Assembly: GCF_000400465.1 (NCBI RefSeq)
Contig: NW_008806280.1
Span: 20,001 to 268,000 of the forward strand
Length of the DNA: 248,000 nt
Direction: 5' to 3'
DNA from: Wallemia ichthyophaga EXF-994
Taxonomy: Eukaryota > Fungi > Basidiomycota
Part shown: positions 193,166-206,063 of the stretch, in pieces
Numbering within the stretch: position 1 is the first letter of the stretch
Layout of the letters: every line of letters starts with the position of its first letter
Program-made: the position numbers and the translations under genes
Notes under the pieces: generated by a model
Database searches by the model: none
Told to the model about the DNA's origin: nothing
Seen by the model: only the letters and a program-made list of their open reading frames with translations

Positions 193166-193682
193166 ATGAACTTACTCAAAACACTTAGTGTAATTGGATT
193201 GATCGTAGCAGCTAGCGCTGCTCCAGCCGGCTCAGTGAGTATTGCTCGATAAAATGCGGATTGGCCACTGACATGATACAACCCAGTCAGCACAGAATGA
193301 ACATGCAGCTACCGTAGATAAGGTTAGTGGGCACCTATCAAGTGAGGTAGAGCTAAGGCTTATAAAACAATCCTCGCAGAGAGACTTTGGAGACTTTATT
193401 CAAGGCGCTGAAGATACTGGCGAAGATATAAAGGATTTCTTCACCGGAGAAAAGCGTGATTGGATGGATAAAACTTCAGACTTTTTCGACAATATTGGAG
193501 ACGCCTTCACCGGCGATGACGATAAGCAAAAGCGCGATTGGGTTGAGGACGCTTCAAATTTCTTCGATAACATTGGAGACGCCTTCACCGGCGATGACGA
193601 CAAGCAAAAGCGCGATTGGATCGACGATATCGGACAATTCAGTGAGAACGTCAAGGATATGTTCGATGGTGATGATAAGTAG
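193166..193682 (+). CDS. Secreted Kex2-processed repeat protein (KEP) yielding four acidic peptides
   Basis: Signal peptide MNLLKTLSVIGLIVAASAAP; two introns; KR-delimited repeats DW...FFDNIGDAFTGDDDKQKR. Confidence 0.85.
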
Positions 193683-193826
193683 AACACAACGGCGGCTTAG
193701 CGGCTTGTAAATAAATTGCACTGTAAAATCATGGGATATGACAATGCTTGGATTTGTATAATTCTTCTGGTTGAACCATCTACACGGTGCTGAGATAGAT
193801 GGAAAATACTGTGACAAGCCATTTCA

Positions 193827-195736
193827 ATGTCGATAAGGAGGAATATATTAGACTTGTACTACAATCACTCAAAGACCTTGATTTATCGTGAGCACAGAAT
193901 TCCTCCTATTCTGCTATCACTGACGACCTCATTAGCAGCAGCTTCAATTGCCTATCACAAGAATCCGGCGTGGAGTTGGAATCTGATACCGTCACTCAAT
194001 TACGCTCTTCTATTTTACAAGGCAATTGGTCCACTGCCGTTCATTTAATCGATAAACTCAATGTGGACCACTATGAAGCACTGAATTCAAAGATTATTCT
194101 TAATAAGCAGCATTATCTTGAATCTTTGGAATGCGGCGATGATAAATCCGCTATTAATATCCTCCGACATTCTTTGGTTCCACTAATTCAGTCTGATCCA
194201 TGTCAAGTTCAGTTATTGTCGAGGTTGGTTTGGCTGTTTGATTTGAGCGCCATTTAACTTAGATTCTCAGTTGGCTCATGTGTAGCTCACCCGCAGAATT
194301 ACGTCAAAGAGCCCATTGGGATGGTTCAAATATGACATCACGATCAAAGCTACTCGATAGCTTACAATCTTACATAAAACCTTCAATTATGCTACCACAA
194401 AGCAGACTTTTCAATCTACTCAACCAAGCAAAGCTTTATCAATCACGTAATAACCGTTATAGCAGCATACATGACGAAAATCTAAACTTCTCTCTCTTAA
194501 ATGATTACCATCAGGACAACTCAACGTTCCCAAATTTCAACTCTCTCACTGTCAAAGCACACTTTGATGAAATCTGGCATTGTTGCTTTAGTCACAACGG
194601 TAATTATCTTGCAACGTCATCTCGTGATAAATCTGTTGTCATTTGGGAGGTTGATGTTGTTCGGCAGATCTTCAGAAAGTCTTTGACTATCTTAAATCAT
194701 GACGAAGATATAAGTGCTATCTCTTGGTCTAATGATGATACTATACTCCTCACTGCTGCGGAGGAGACTATATACATTCATCATACTGTAACTGGCAATA
194801 GTATCAACAGCTATCAAGGCGCTCATGAGCATGATGAGACTATCTCAAGCCTATTGTGGGTAAACGATGACTCTAAATTCTACTCAACCGGGCTTGATCA
194901 GAAGGTTATTGAATGGAGTCACAACGGCGCAGTGCTGCACAAGTGGAATGACCTACCCATACGCATAATGGACGCTGCTCTTACACCAGATCAGACAAAG
195001 CTTGTAGTCGCTGGTCCTGACGGTCCTCAGCCGACTGTTGGACAAGATGGCACGTTAAGTTACAATGAGGAGATGCGTCATCTAATGGTGTATGACACTG
195101 AATCAAGAACTTGTTTGTGGTAAGAATGTCTTGGTCTTTTGCTTCATGTCTTGCTTACTTTGATATATTAGGCAAGTCGAGATGAAGAATGAAATATCGT
195201 CTCTCAAAGTATCTTCTGACTCCACCAAAGTAATTGTCAACTACGCGCCTGATGAGATACAAATATGGAGTCTGACAGACCAATGTCTGCTCAAGAAGCT
195301 CTTCGGCCACAAGCAATCTAAACATGTAATTAAGTCGTCTTTTGGAGGGTTGGACGAGGGCTTTGTTTTGAGCGGTAGCGAGGGTTAGAAAGCTGCATTT
195401 GAACTGTCTTTTACTGACTCTATTTCAGATGCTGCCATCTATGTATGGCATCTTCAATCAGGAGAACTCATGGAGATACTCAAAGGACACGAGAAAGGTT
195501 GCGTAAACTCAGTAGCGTGGTCACCGACAATGCCGTTGATATGTTCTGTCGGCGATGATCGCACAATACGTATGTGGTCAACAAGGACATCTTCCAGCAA
195601 GCATACAGAGCTCAACCTGCTAGAAAACGAAGGCGATGAGGGCTCCATGCATGGTATCGAAGGTGGCGTGGAAGTTGACGATGAGGAGGTAGACGAAGCT
195701 ATCGATGAGGTCGATTATCACATAGCTGATCAGTAG
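193827..195736 (+). CDS. GID7: CTLH/WD40 protein (WDR26)
   Basis: SQESGVELE..LRSSILQG.W; QHYLE.LE; WD repeats. Confidence 0.85.
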
Positions 195737-195939
195737 CAACTATCATCAGTTTGATTATATCCATAAATTACTTATATGCATTTGGTTTGTTGATAAATTA
195801 GATGGCCTTGTGTTCGTTACTCGTAACTTTGAGAATAAAGTCTGCTTTCAATAGTTACCCTTACTCAGTCATAAAAGTACCAAAAATTCAAAGCGATGAT
195901 AAAACTCTGTCAAAGCATTGTTAAATTTCTGAGAGCTTG

Positions 195940-198387
195940 AATATTACTTAACAGCTGTATCCCTTGGATCCTTAAATACTGGATCTGAGACTCATCTCTG
196001 TATATGATAGGGTGATTTGAATGTTAATTTAATACTATCTAAAGCGTTTTGAAGAAATCTATTGAGCTAAATACGCTCAAGGCACCTTGCAAATGACCAA
196101 GTAAGTGAGAAGTCGAATGCAAATAGGATTACTATGAACGATGTCACGCGCTTCATATATAAATAAACAAATATGTCTAGCTGATGAAGACAAGTAGCAC
196201 CCAATCAGCTCAGAATTTCGGCTGTATAAACGTGATTTACGTTCTCCGACAATTAGCGTCCACAGGATTTCATGCTGGCTCCAAGGAGACTTTATTTTTA
196301 TGACCAGTAGTGCATTTCGAAATTTCAAACAATAGGGTTTGACAGGTATTATAGACTGGATTGGAATCTTAGATGTTATGATTTTAGGAACAAATATTTT
196401 TAGATCTTAAATCACACTCACTGCATTATGTCAAATTTAGCTGGACGAGTGTAGAGCAAATTACTTAAGTTATTCATGATAAGGGCATTTGAATTCTTCT
196501 CACACAGGTACTCTGCACATAATGATATCTAAATCTCCCCACTTTGTACTACCGATGATGCTGTAAAAAATACGTCATTGAGCATGGTATTTTCGACTGT
196601 GAGAGGGGAAGCATGGTAAAAAATAATCCTGAGTGTATTAGAGCTACATTTAAGCTATCTAAGAATCTAATAGCACTCTTCAGCCTTCAAACGACGGTAT
196701 GTCCACGAAAGGAAGACGTGATATTGACGCGCTTAACTATAAGTTCAGCGTTGTAATTTGAAGGCGTACTTTTCTTTCGCTTATCAGTCACCAAAAATGC
196801 TGTCAATAATTCCAAACTCCACCTGTTCTTCCCTCCCTAACTGCCTCAATACCCGTATCTGCTGGTACCACTCCTCAGTAGTCATCGCAACTCAATAAGC
196901 TGAAACAATAATTCCTCAATAATACACTAGGAAAGCTCGCTGTCTTGTTGTATGCAAGATACGCTAGGAATTCAAGTTGCGTGATCCTCTTGTTTAGGCA
197001 GCGCAAGAATATACGTCGTCCAAATTTCAGAGACTAATGATGTCAACTCATCAAACGATACCAAGAGAACATACGATATATATCTTATTCTCTTTCCTTC
197101 TGTCAAAGTGTCATATCGCTGACTTTTCTCGTCAACGCTTTCGGTTGTGTGGTCGGATAGTCACTGGTCGCCGGACATTCATTCTGAATCGATAGTGAGT
197201 CATCGTCGGAAAACTTCATGTTCACTTTATTCCATCTGCTCATTCGCTGTACAAACCGTTCCTCAACCCAGCAGTCGAAAACTTAAAAGAATTGCAGTCT
197301 TGTTAATTACGAGATGCCACGAGCCACGCTAATTTTTAACTGTATCTTAACATCATAACTAATATAATTATAATATCTGACATTGCTTAAGTCACTAGTC
197401 TGAATCTGTTAGGTGACAAACCCAATATTAATCCCAAGCCCTTTTTATCGTCACGCTCTCTCTTCGCCGTCTCGTAAACGTCTTTTACCTTCTCCTCGTA
197501 GCCTTATCGGATAAACCTCCAGGACAGATTTCAAGCAGAACACTTTAAAGGTCACGCTATTTTTATATTACATTCTAATTAATTATTATAATGGATGTTA
197601 AATTTACTGTACAAGTCATTTCTCAAGTACAACTCTGAACCTTAACAGTGCCTTAACAAACTTTGTGATGGAATTAAATTGCTAAGATGAGTTATCGATG
197701 TGAAACAAAAACTTTTATAGAAAAGGGGTAATGGTTGCAATGGCCGGAGTCGTCAAAATCCACGTCATGGCTGTATCTTAATTAACAGAATTACCGAACC
197801 CTGCACGCTTCGAAAAAGAAGAATAAAATTGCTTAAAACGATATGCATTATCAAAATACAAAGATAATTATGCAAATATCAGAATGTAATTGGATCCGCT
197901 AGTCCAAATAATTGCGTAAGGTTAAGACAAATTGAACACAGTCCCAAAAAGGTATCCATTTGTCATTGAGTTTTCTAAGATATCTCTGATTAATACGCAC
198001 TCACTATTTATAATAGCAATTTGGTCACGATTCATAAAAACACTGGCACTGAGGAAAGGATAAGATTGAGGAGAAAAGAAAAGTGAACCAAACAGACAGC
198101 CGTTCAGCCATTTGTATGTTAAAAGTCCAGAAATCATGACATAATATTCTAAATCGCAATATCCTTGAAAAACGATAATGTACATGCTCTAGCTACGATG
198201 AAGAGTAAATAGACGTAAAAAGTAAGCCTGATAATTATTTCTGGGCATTTCCATTGCTGGAAAGCAGGTAACGTCTATGTGTTTATCGAAATCGCATTTA
198301 ACCTCCATTTGACATATGAAATGTTCACATTGATTTGATTCAAAATCATAGAGATCCGTGGGTCTGACAATTTATTCGGTTCACTTG
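195940..198387 (+). repeat. Left arm of ~2.44-kb inverted repeat
   Basis: Position x pairs with 398479-x; mirrored ORFs; only 3 internal mismatches found in the stretches compared. Confidence 0.97.
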
Positions 198388-200091
198388 AATGCTCAATTTT
198401 TATGTTTAAAGCTTCCATTATAATTCAACTTGTGCACTTCAAAAATTGCTTAAATATTCAGTCGAATTGTGGAACAAGCCATGAATGAATAAATTTTACA
198501 CATTAATTCCCAAAAAGGTTGTGAAATTCGATGAGTGACAGATAATTCTGGACATCTGTTTATCGAGAAAAACTGGATCAATCAATTTAAAAATTAAATC
198601 ACCACCCAGTTGAATTAACCGTTACAATATAGAGACATGGCGATCAGTCTTGAGTGATATACAAAGCCTAAATTAGCTTTGAAGAAGTCATATATTTAGA
198701 CAATTTTTGAAGTCAATTTCCAAGACTGCAAAGTTGAAGATTTGTTGATCTAGTACAAAATAGATGTTCTGCAAGAAGCTTCTTTTTCTTGTCAAAGATC
198801 ATTCTAACTGTATGAGCGTGATTAATAATTATGCTTATTGTCAATCTTAGTTAGTACTTTAAACCCGGAAAATTGTCAGTTTGAAGTGACCGTATCTTGA
198901 TTAGATCCGTGTCAGAAGCTCGATTTCGACAAAATAACTTCGAAATCTAACTTGCGCCAAATCATGATAAAAAAAACACATCAATCAATGGCAGATAAAT
199001 TTTTTTAGTCCATATAGATTTCCCTACACATTATATATCACTATAAAACAAAATAGCGCTAGCTTTATTAACCTAAAGTTTTCGATGGCTTATTATATAT
199101 ATTATACAACGATTTACTCTTACAAGTGTCAGTTTTGTGAAGTTTTTTTAAAGTTAGATCAATACTCGTTAGAATAATATTTTAATCGAACATGTTTTAG
199201 TTAGCTTAAGCGTAAGGAGAAGTAACTTCAAGAATAGACACATCAGTAAATGATGACAGCCGATAAAATGAACGAAGCTTGAAAAACTTCAACGTGATAC
199301 TGTTTCATAAGATGGAGAGAATGTGCCGATTAATACCCTATTGGTTTTTCTAACATTTTTTATTGTTACGTTTTTGATCTAATTAATAATATATATCTTT
199401 TAATGGTCGGGTGCAAAATAATCTCTTAAATGAAAGGTCTCCACCTCTATCAATTCATGGCTTCGTCTCAAATTCCATGTTTTATTATCTATGAATATTT
199501 TTCGGAATAAATGCAGTCATTGTTACCTGCATTCTTTAATCTAAATCAATTATTCAGGAAGTTGGAACATCTGTAGTTCTAACATCCGTAAATAAACCCA
199601 TAGTCGTGGCTAGTTTGTGGATGGCATAAAATCTTCGACTAATCCGAAGTACTTAAAAAGCGAAATTGGAAAAAATTTAACATTCACACACAATTTGCTA
199701 AAATGCTAATCATTTTGTCAAATATACTCATTTTGTCCATCCGTTTTATGCAATTATTTGAAGCATGTCCATGTTAAAAATAGTGAGCTGTTGATCGTAA
199801 GTCGATGTTTGGTTATAATCTAGGATGACCTTTTTATAAAACGATGAATGGGCTACAACAAAATAGTATTCTTTTTTAGTTCACAAGTACTACATTGACT
199901 TTCGTAAACATTAGCCTTTGACTTTTTATAACAATTTTTAGCTTCATGATCTTCATAGTGCGCTTTTATTTTCAAATAACATTGTGTTGACATGAACTTG
200001 AGTTAATAATTTCCCCGTGACTCAATCCCTCAGATCTCTTGTTGTGAGATTACACTGTTTCGCTGAGTTTAAAACACATAACATTTTAATC
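198388..200091. other. Unique AT-rich core between the arms; candidate centromere core
   Basis: Sampled lines ~28-35% GC; no credible ORF; centre of the largest gene-free gap. Confidence 0.6.
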
Positions 200092-202540
200092 CAAGTGAAC
200101 CGAATAAATTGTCAGACCCACGGATCTCTATGATTTTGAATCAAATCAATGTGAACATTTCATATGTCAAATGGAGGTTAAATGCGATTTCGATAAACAC
200201 ATAGACGTTACCTGCTTTCCAGCAATGGAAATGCCCAGAAATAATTATCAGGCTTACTTTTTACGTCTATTTACTCTTCATCGTAGCTAGAGCATGTACA
200301 TTATCGTTTTTCAAGGATATTGCGATTTAGAATATTATGTCATGATTTCTGGACTTTTAACATACAAATGGCTGAACGGCTGTCTGTTTGGTTCACTTTT
200401 CTTTTCTCCTCAATCTTATCCTTTCCTCAGTGCCAGTGTTTTTATGAATCGTGACCAAATTGCTATTATAAATAGTGAGTGCGTATTAATCAGAGATATC
200501 TTAGAAAACTCAATGACAAATGGATACCTTTTTGGGACTGTGTTCAATTTGTCTTAACCTTACGCAATTATTTGGACTAGCGGATCCAATTACATTCTGA
200601 TATTTGCATAATTATCTTTGTATTTTGATAATGCATATCGTTTTAAGCAATTTTATTCTTCTTTTTCGAAGCGTGCAGGGTTCGGTAATTCTGTTAATTA
200701 AGATACAGCCATGACGTGGATTTTGACGACTCCGGCCATTGCAACCATTACCCCTTTTCTATAAAAGTTTTTGTTTCACATCGATAACTCATCTTAGCAA
200801 TTTAATTCCATCACAAAGTTTGTTAAGGCACTGTTAAGGTTCAGAGTTGTACTTGAGAAATGACTTGTACAGTAAATTTAACATCCATTATAATAATTAA
200901 TTAGAATGTAATATAAAAATAGCGTGACCTTTAAAGTGTTCTGCTTGAAATCTGTCCTGGAGGTTTATCCGATAAGGCTACGAGGAGAAGGTAAAAGACG
201001 TTTACGAGACGGCGAAGAGAGAGCGTGACGATAAAAAGGGCTTGGGATTAATATTGGGTTTGTCACCTAACAGATTCAGACTAGTGACTTAAGCAATGTC
201101 AGATATTATAATTATATTAGTTATGATGTTAAGATACAGTTAAAAATTAGCGTGGCTCGTGACATCTCGTAATTAACAAGTCTGCAATTCTTTTAAGTTT
201201 TAGACTGCTGGGTTGAGGAACGGTTTGTACAGCGAATGAGCAGATGGAATAAAGTGAACATGAAGTTTTCCGACGATGACTCACTATCGATTCAGAATGA
201301 ATGTCCGGCGACCAGTGACTATCCGACCACACAACCGAAAGCGTTGACGAGAAAAGTCAGCGATATGACACTTTGACAGAAGGAAAGAGAATAAGATATA
201401 TATCGTATGTTCTCTTGGTATCGTTTGATGAGTTGACATCATTAGTCTCTGAAATTTGGACGACGTATATTCTTGCGCTGCCTAAACAAGAGGATCACGC
201501 AACTTGAATTCCTAGCGTATCTTGCATACAACAAGACAGCGAGCTTTCCTAGTGTATTATTGAGGAATTATTGTTTCAGCTTATTGAGTTGCGATGACTA
201601 CTGAGGAGTGGTACCAGCAGATACGGGTATTGAGGCAGTTAGGGAGGGAAGAACAGGTGGAGTTTGGAATTATTGACAGCATTTTTGGTGACTGATAAGC
201701 GAAAGAAAAGTACGCCTTCAAATTACAACGCTGAACTTATAGTTAAGCGCGTCAATATCACGTCTTCCTTTCGTGGACATACCGTCGTTTGAAGGCTGAA
201801 GAGTGCTATTAGATTCTTAGATAGCTTAAATGTAGCTCTAATACACTCAGGATTATTTTTTACCATGCTTCCCCTCTCACAGTCGAAAATACCATGCTCA
201901 ATGACGTATTTTTTACAGCATCATCGGTAGTACAAAGTGGGGAGATTTAGATATCATTATGTGCAGAGTACCTGTGTGAGAAGAATTCAAATGCCCTTAT
202001 CATGAATAACTTAAGTAATTTGCTCTACACTCGTCCAGCTAAATTTGACATAATGCAGTGAGTGTGATTTAAGATCTAAAAATATTTGTTCCTAAAATCA
202101 TAACATCTAAGATTCCAATCCAGTCTATAATACCTGTCAAACCCTATTGTTTGAAATTTCGAAATGCACTACTGGTCATAAAAATAAAGTCTCCTTGGAG
202201 CCAGCATGAAATCCTGTGGACGCTAATTGTCGGAGAACGTAAATCACGTTTATACAGCCGAAATTCTGAGCTGATTGGGTGCTACTTGTCTTCATCAGCT
202301 AGACATATTTGTTTATTTATATATGAAGCGCGTGACATCGTTCATAGTAATCCTATTTGCATTCGACTTCTCACTTACTTGGTCATTTGCAAGGTGCCTT
202401 GAGCGTATTTAGCTCAATAGATTTCTTCAAAACGCTTTAGATAGTATTAAATTAACATTCAAATCACCCTATCATATACAGAGATGAGTCTCAGATCCAG
202501 TATTTAAGGATCCAAGGGATACAACTGTTAAGCAATATTG
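200092..202540 (-). repeat. Right arm of inverted repeat
   Basis: Reverse complement of 195940-198387. Confidence 0.97.
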
Positions 202541-202713
202541 AAACCCTTAGAAGTAATCAATTCGTGCATTTTTCTTCTGTATGCATTACTTGCATTAGTG
202601 AATGTGTGACTCAACCAGGAACGAGAAAGCGAAGGAATGATATATATTACATCAATCCGGTATATACCATTAAGAGACTACATCTATTATAATGTGCAAA
202701 GTATAAAATACAG

Positions 202714-205537
202714 TTAACTTTCAATCAGACCGAGTCTCTCCTTCGATCTCTTGCTAGCGCGATATAGCTCATGAAGAGCTTTCCTAACTCCATTAAAGTC
202801 ACAAGCCTCTATACAGCTGTTGTAAACATTTAGTAAACGCTAGTAGCCTATAAAAATCTAACTCACGACGTATACTTGTCAATGAAAAAGCTCTGATCCG
202901 CCATACCCACATTGACCAGCTTGGATTGCTGAATAATAGCAGGTATGACGTTTTTCATCAGCGCAGCATCGAACTCTGAAAGCTGTCTTAGGAGAGTGAT
203001 AACCGTACTGGTGCAGTCTTCCGGGAAGGTGTTGAGTAAACCTTGTAATAGTACTTTTGTTAAATTGGCGATATTAGTATGATTCGAGAGGGTGTTCTTG
203101 ATTGTATTTTTGTCCACTTCAACGTTGTCACCACTAGTTAAGTATCCAACTAATGATCTTATGAAATCCAATGAGATCAAGATTGTGTCAACACTAAACA
203201 ACGTTAATGCAGTGAGGGATAATTCGAAAATAGGCTGAATCACGCTTCCATTGATAACGAGTGCAGGTCTGAGATCAATGATCTGTAGTAATAAATGCAA
203301 ATAATCTTCAACTAAGTCAGGTATTTTGGTTGCATCAGTTGATTGTAAAATTGAGAATAATTTATTAGATATTTTGTTGAACGATTGACTTATAAGCTGT
203401 TTATCGTTAGCAGCATAGTTAAAAGCCTTGGTCAGCAACCAAATATACACTGATAGAGGATTTAAGTCGAATGAATTGGTCAGTAATTCAATTAACTTTG
203501 GTATAACTGTAACGACAGCCTGCTCATCGAAGAATCTTAATCCCTTTCTAAACAATCCACAGACTCTTTCGATCAAAGTCGCTGATGACCTATTATGATG
203601 GACAATAATACTTGCGAATACGTCATACAACTCATAAAAAGTCACCTGGCATTGGATTGGTAAGGGTGCGATTGGACCTGTGAAGGCAATGTAGCATTCA
203701 ATTTGCTCTATATTGATAATCAAGATCTTGATATCATCATGAGATAAAGTGCTCTTCGTGATAACCCCCTTGACATTATTCAAGTATGGTTGAGTGAACT
203801 TCTGTATGAGAGCCAACTGATCGTTCTTATCGCTGATGGACTCAATGACCAAAGAGATGGATTCGGAGATAGATCTGTGATCATCTTCTTGTAAACCAGA
203901 CTGAATTAGTTGATTGTTGAACTCCAATAGTTGAGGTAAATAAGGTATCAATTGCTTGTTGCAGTCTTCGCATAAGAACTTTAAAGCTTGCGAAGAAGCA
204001 GCAGGGATGTCAACATCCTTACAACTGAGATCGAAACCTGTTGTGATAAACGACATATAGAATGGAATGTGGTCAGGCTTTAAATTGATCCACTCAGTAA
204101 ACCTAGAAGCAACCAATATACCTGCATACTTGATTCTAGGATGTTGAGGAAGGTTTGGCAGCAAATTGAAGATGTTCTCTAAAATTTCATTGTCGCTCTG
204201 GTAATCGACTTTGGAGCCCATAGACCTAATTGAAAAGAGAGGCGCTTCAACTGATTGCCATTCATTTGAATTAATTGCAGTAAGAATCAAGGAATACGAC
204301 CTAGACAAGCAGTAGCTTGATCCTATCACAGTGCAACAATCTTTTAAGGTGTCACCAATGTAATGCCTAAATGATCTGAAGTCATCATACTCTTGAGCAG
204401 TGATAGTGGATTCATCGAGAGGAAATTTTAAATGATTGATGAAAATGTCAAGCAAAGACGAGTAGATTGGTACGAAATGCGGCTTTAAATCACTCTTTAT
204501 GTCCAGAGAATGAGCCAGCTTGTACCAGAAGTTGAAGGTGATCTGGGCTATGTCTAAATCGTGATAGGATGATGATGAAATAATGGCTTGAATGACATGG
204601 CTGAATGACGAAGGTGATGATAACATGAGCGGCAAGTAAGTTTCACCGACTTGGCAGTACAGTCTGGTGAAAAGTCTAACAGCGTCGTTATCTTCTTGGT
204701 CAATGTTGAGTGGCTTTGATAACTCTAATAAGATGACAGTGATTAGCTCGTTATTATCTTGTAGCTCTTGAGACTCATTGATAAGGACTATAAGAGTTTC
204801 AATACCAGACTCGACCAAACTTTCGTCTTGAAGTGAGTTTAAAAGGGAGGACAAAATGTTGGAATTAAGCAAAGAAGATGGAAAAATTTCGCCAGAGACT
204901 AGCCAAGATTTCAAGCAATTAAAGACTAAAGCATTGTCTGTGTTGCTATTGGCAATATACGAGTCCAAAAGCTGTAAGACTTTATTGGAGTTGTTGGTAA
205001 GGAGAGTGGATGAACGGTGAGAGAGCTGGTCGTAAGAAAGCTGAATTCTTTGATTATTGACTTCTTCAGGTAAAATGGTCAAAAAGTCAAGTAGAATGTC
205101 ATTATTTGCCGAGTAGAAGGACTCAACGTAATCAGTCACGGGATCTGACCAATCAAAGTACTGAATGGCCAAATCAGCTAACGATAAATTCAAATAAGTC
205201 TTCAAAACGCGTGGATGATTAGATTTAACTAAAGAGGAAAGCAAAGTGTCTTTAAGTGAGGATAGTGATTGATATGGCAACTGGTCGAAATCGTAGATAA
205301 TTTTTGATCTAAACGTCTGCACTGCGAATAGTTTTAATTCCAAAGGTAAATTATCCTCGACTAAGAGGTCGTTGGATATTTGCCATGCATCTTGCTACGC
205401 GAGTGGTTAGAAACGCAGGCCAAGCACGTGTAACTCACAGTCTGTTGAAACGATTGCAGATATTCATTGGCTAGTGATTTTTTGCTGTTATCTGCATCAT
205501 AGTATAAAATATTCAACGCCTCTATAACTTGAGCCAT
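202714..205537 (-). CDS. MTR10: Transportin-SR importin-beta
   Basis: KLFAVQT.RSKI.YDF; RHYIGDTLKDCC; EAPLFSIRSM. Confidence 0.92.
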
Positions 205538-205558
205538 CACAAACGAGAAACAAGAATA

Positions 205559-206059
205559 ATGTCAAATATCAAGTTAGACGATATTCAATTTAAAAGATTT
205601 AACAAGCCATTGCCACCGAGATCTTCTCCTTTTAAATCTTTATCCTTACTTCTTGGCCTTTCTCTTTCATCGTGGGCCGTCTTCCTCACTTATTCAAACA
205701 ACGCCGAGAGGCTTTCTTCTTCCGTGGTGAAAGAGCTCATTAGGCAGAGCAAATTTCATCCTCTCACCAGAGATGTACTCGGTGCACCGATAAGACCCGC
205801 TTCAGATAACTGGTTTCTGTTGGGTGGTCTCTTAGGATCAACTTGGGTTAACGGCTCAGTTTCAATGATGCAAGGCAAGGTAGATATTAGTTTGAGGCTT
205901 AAAGGGTCTTTAGATTCAGGTACCGTGTACTTTACTTCAATTAGGAACTCAAATAAAGACAAGTTCAACATTCTGAGATACAAGTTGATCGACGATAACG
206001 GTACTCATCATAATCTATTGAATCAATCATCGATACAAGACTTTGAAAGCATTGAATAG
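205559..206059 (+). CDS. COA1: Cytochrome c oxidase assembly factor 1
   Basis: NAERLSSSVV; GSVSMMQG.VDI..GTVYFTSIR. Confidence 0.82.
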   Translation: MSNIKLDDIQFKRFNKPLPPRSSPFKSLSLLLGLSLSSWAVFLTYSNNAERLSSSVVKELIRQSKFHPLTRDVLGAPIRPASDNWFLLGGLLGSTWVNGSVSMMQGKVDISLRLKGSLDSGTVYFTSIRNSNKDKFNILRYKLIDDNGTHHNLLNQSSIQDFESIE

Positions 206060-206063
206060 CTTT

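Noticed and set aside
193455-193680. Regular repeats as a CRISPR array
   Set aside because: Eukaryotic, in-frame 78-bp coding repeats with no unique spacers and no cas genes.
191900-195740. KEP as part of a dikaritin RiPP cluster
   Set aside because: Neighbours are a mitochondrial carrier and GID7; no DUF3328, tyrosinase or transporter.
198388-200091. Point-centromere CDEI/II/III elements
   Set aside because: Only isolated hexamers such as TCCGAA, expected by chance; no CDE spacing.
196077-202402. Mirrored ORFs of 61-87 aa in the IR arms as duplicated genes
   Set aside because: Short, several use non-ATG starts, and no domain is recognisable; they are duplicated only because the arms are.
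195940-202540. IR as a TIR/foldback transposon or flip-flop MAT locus
   Set aside because: No transposase, no sharp ends or TSD, and no mating genes in or beside the core. It cannot be fully excluded as a non-autonomous relic.
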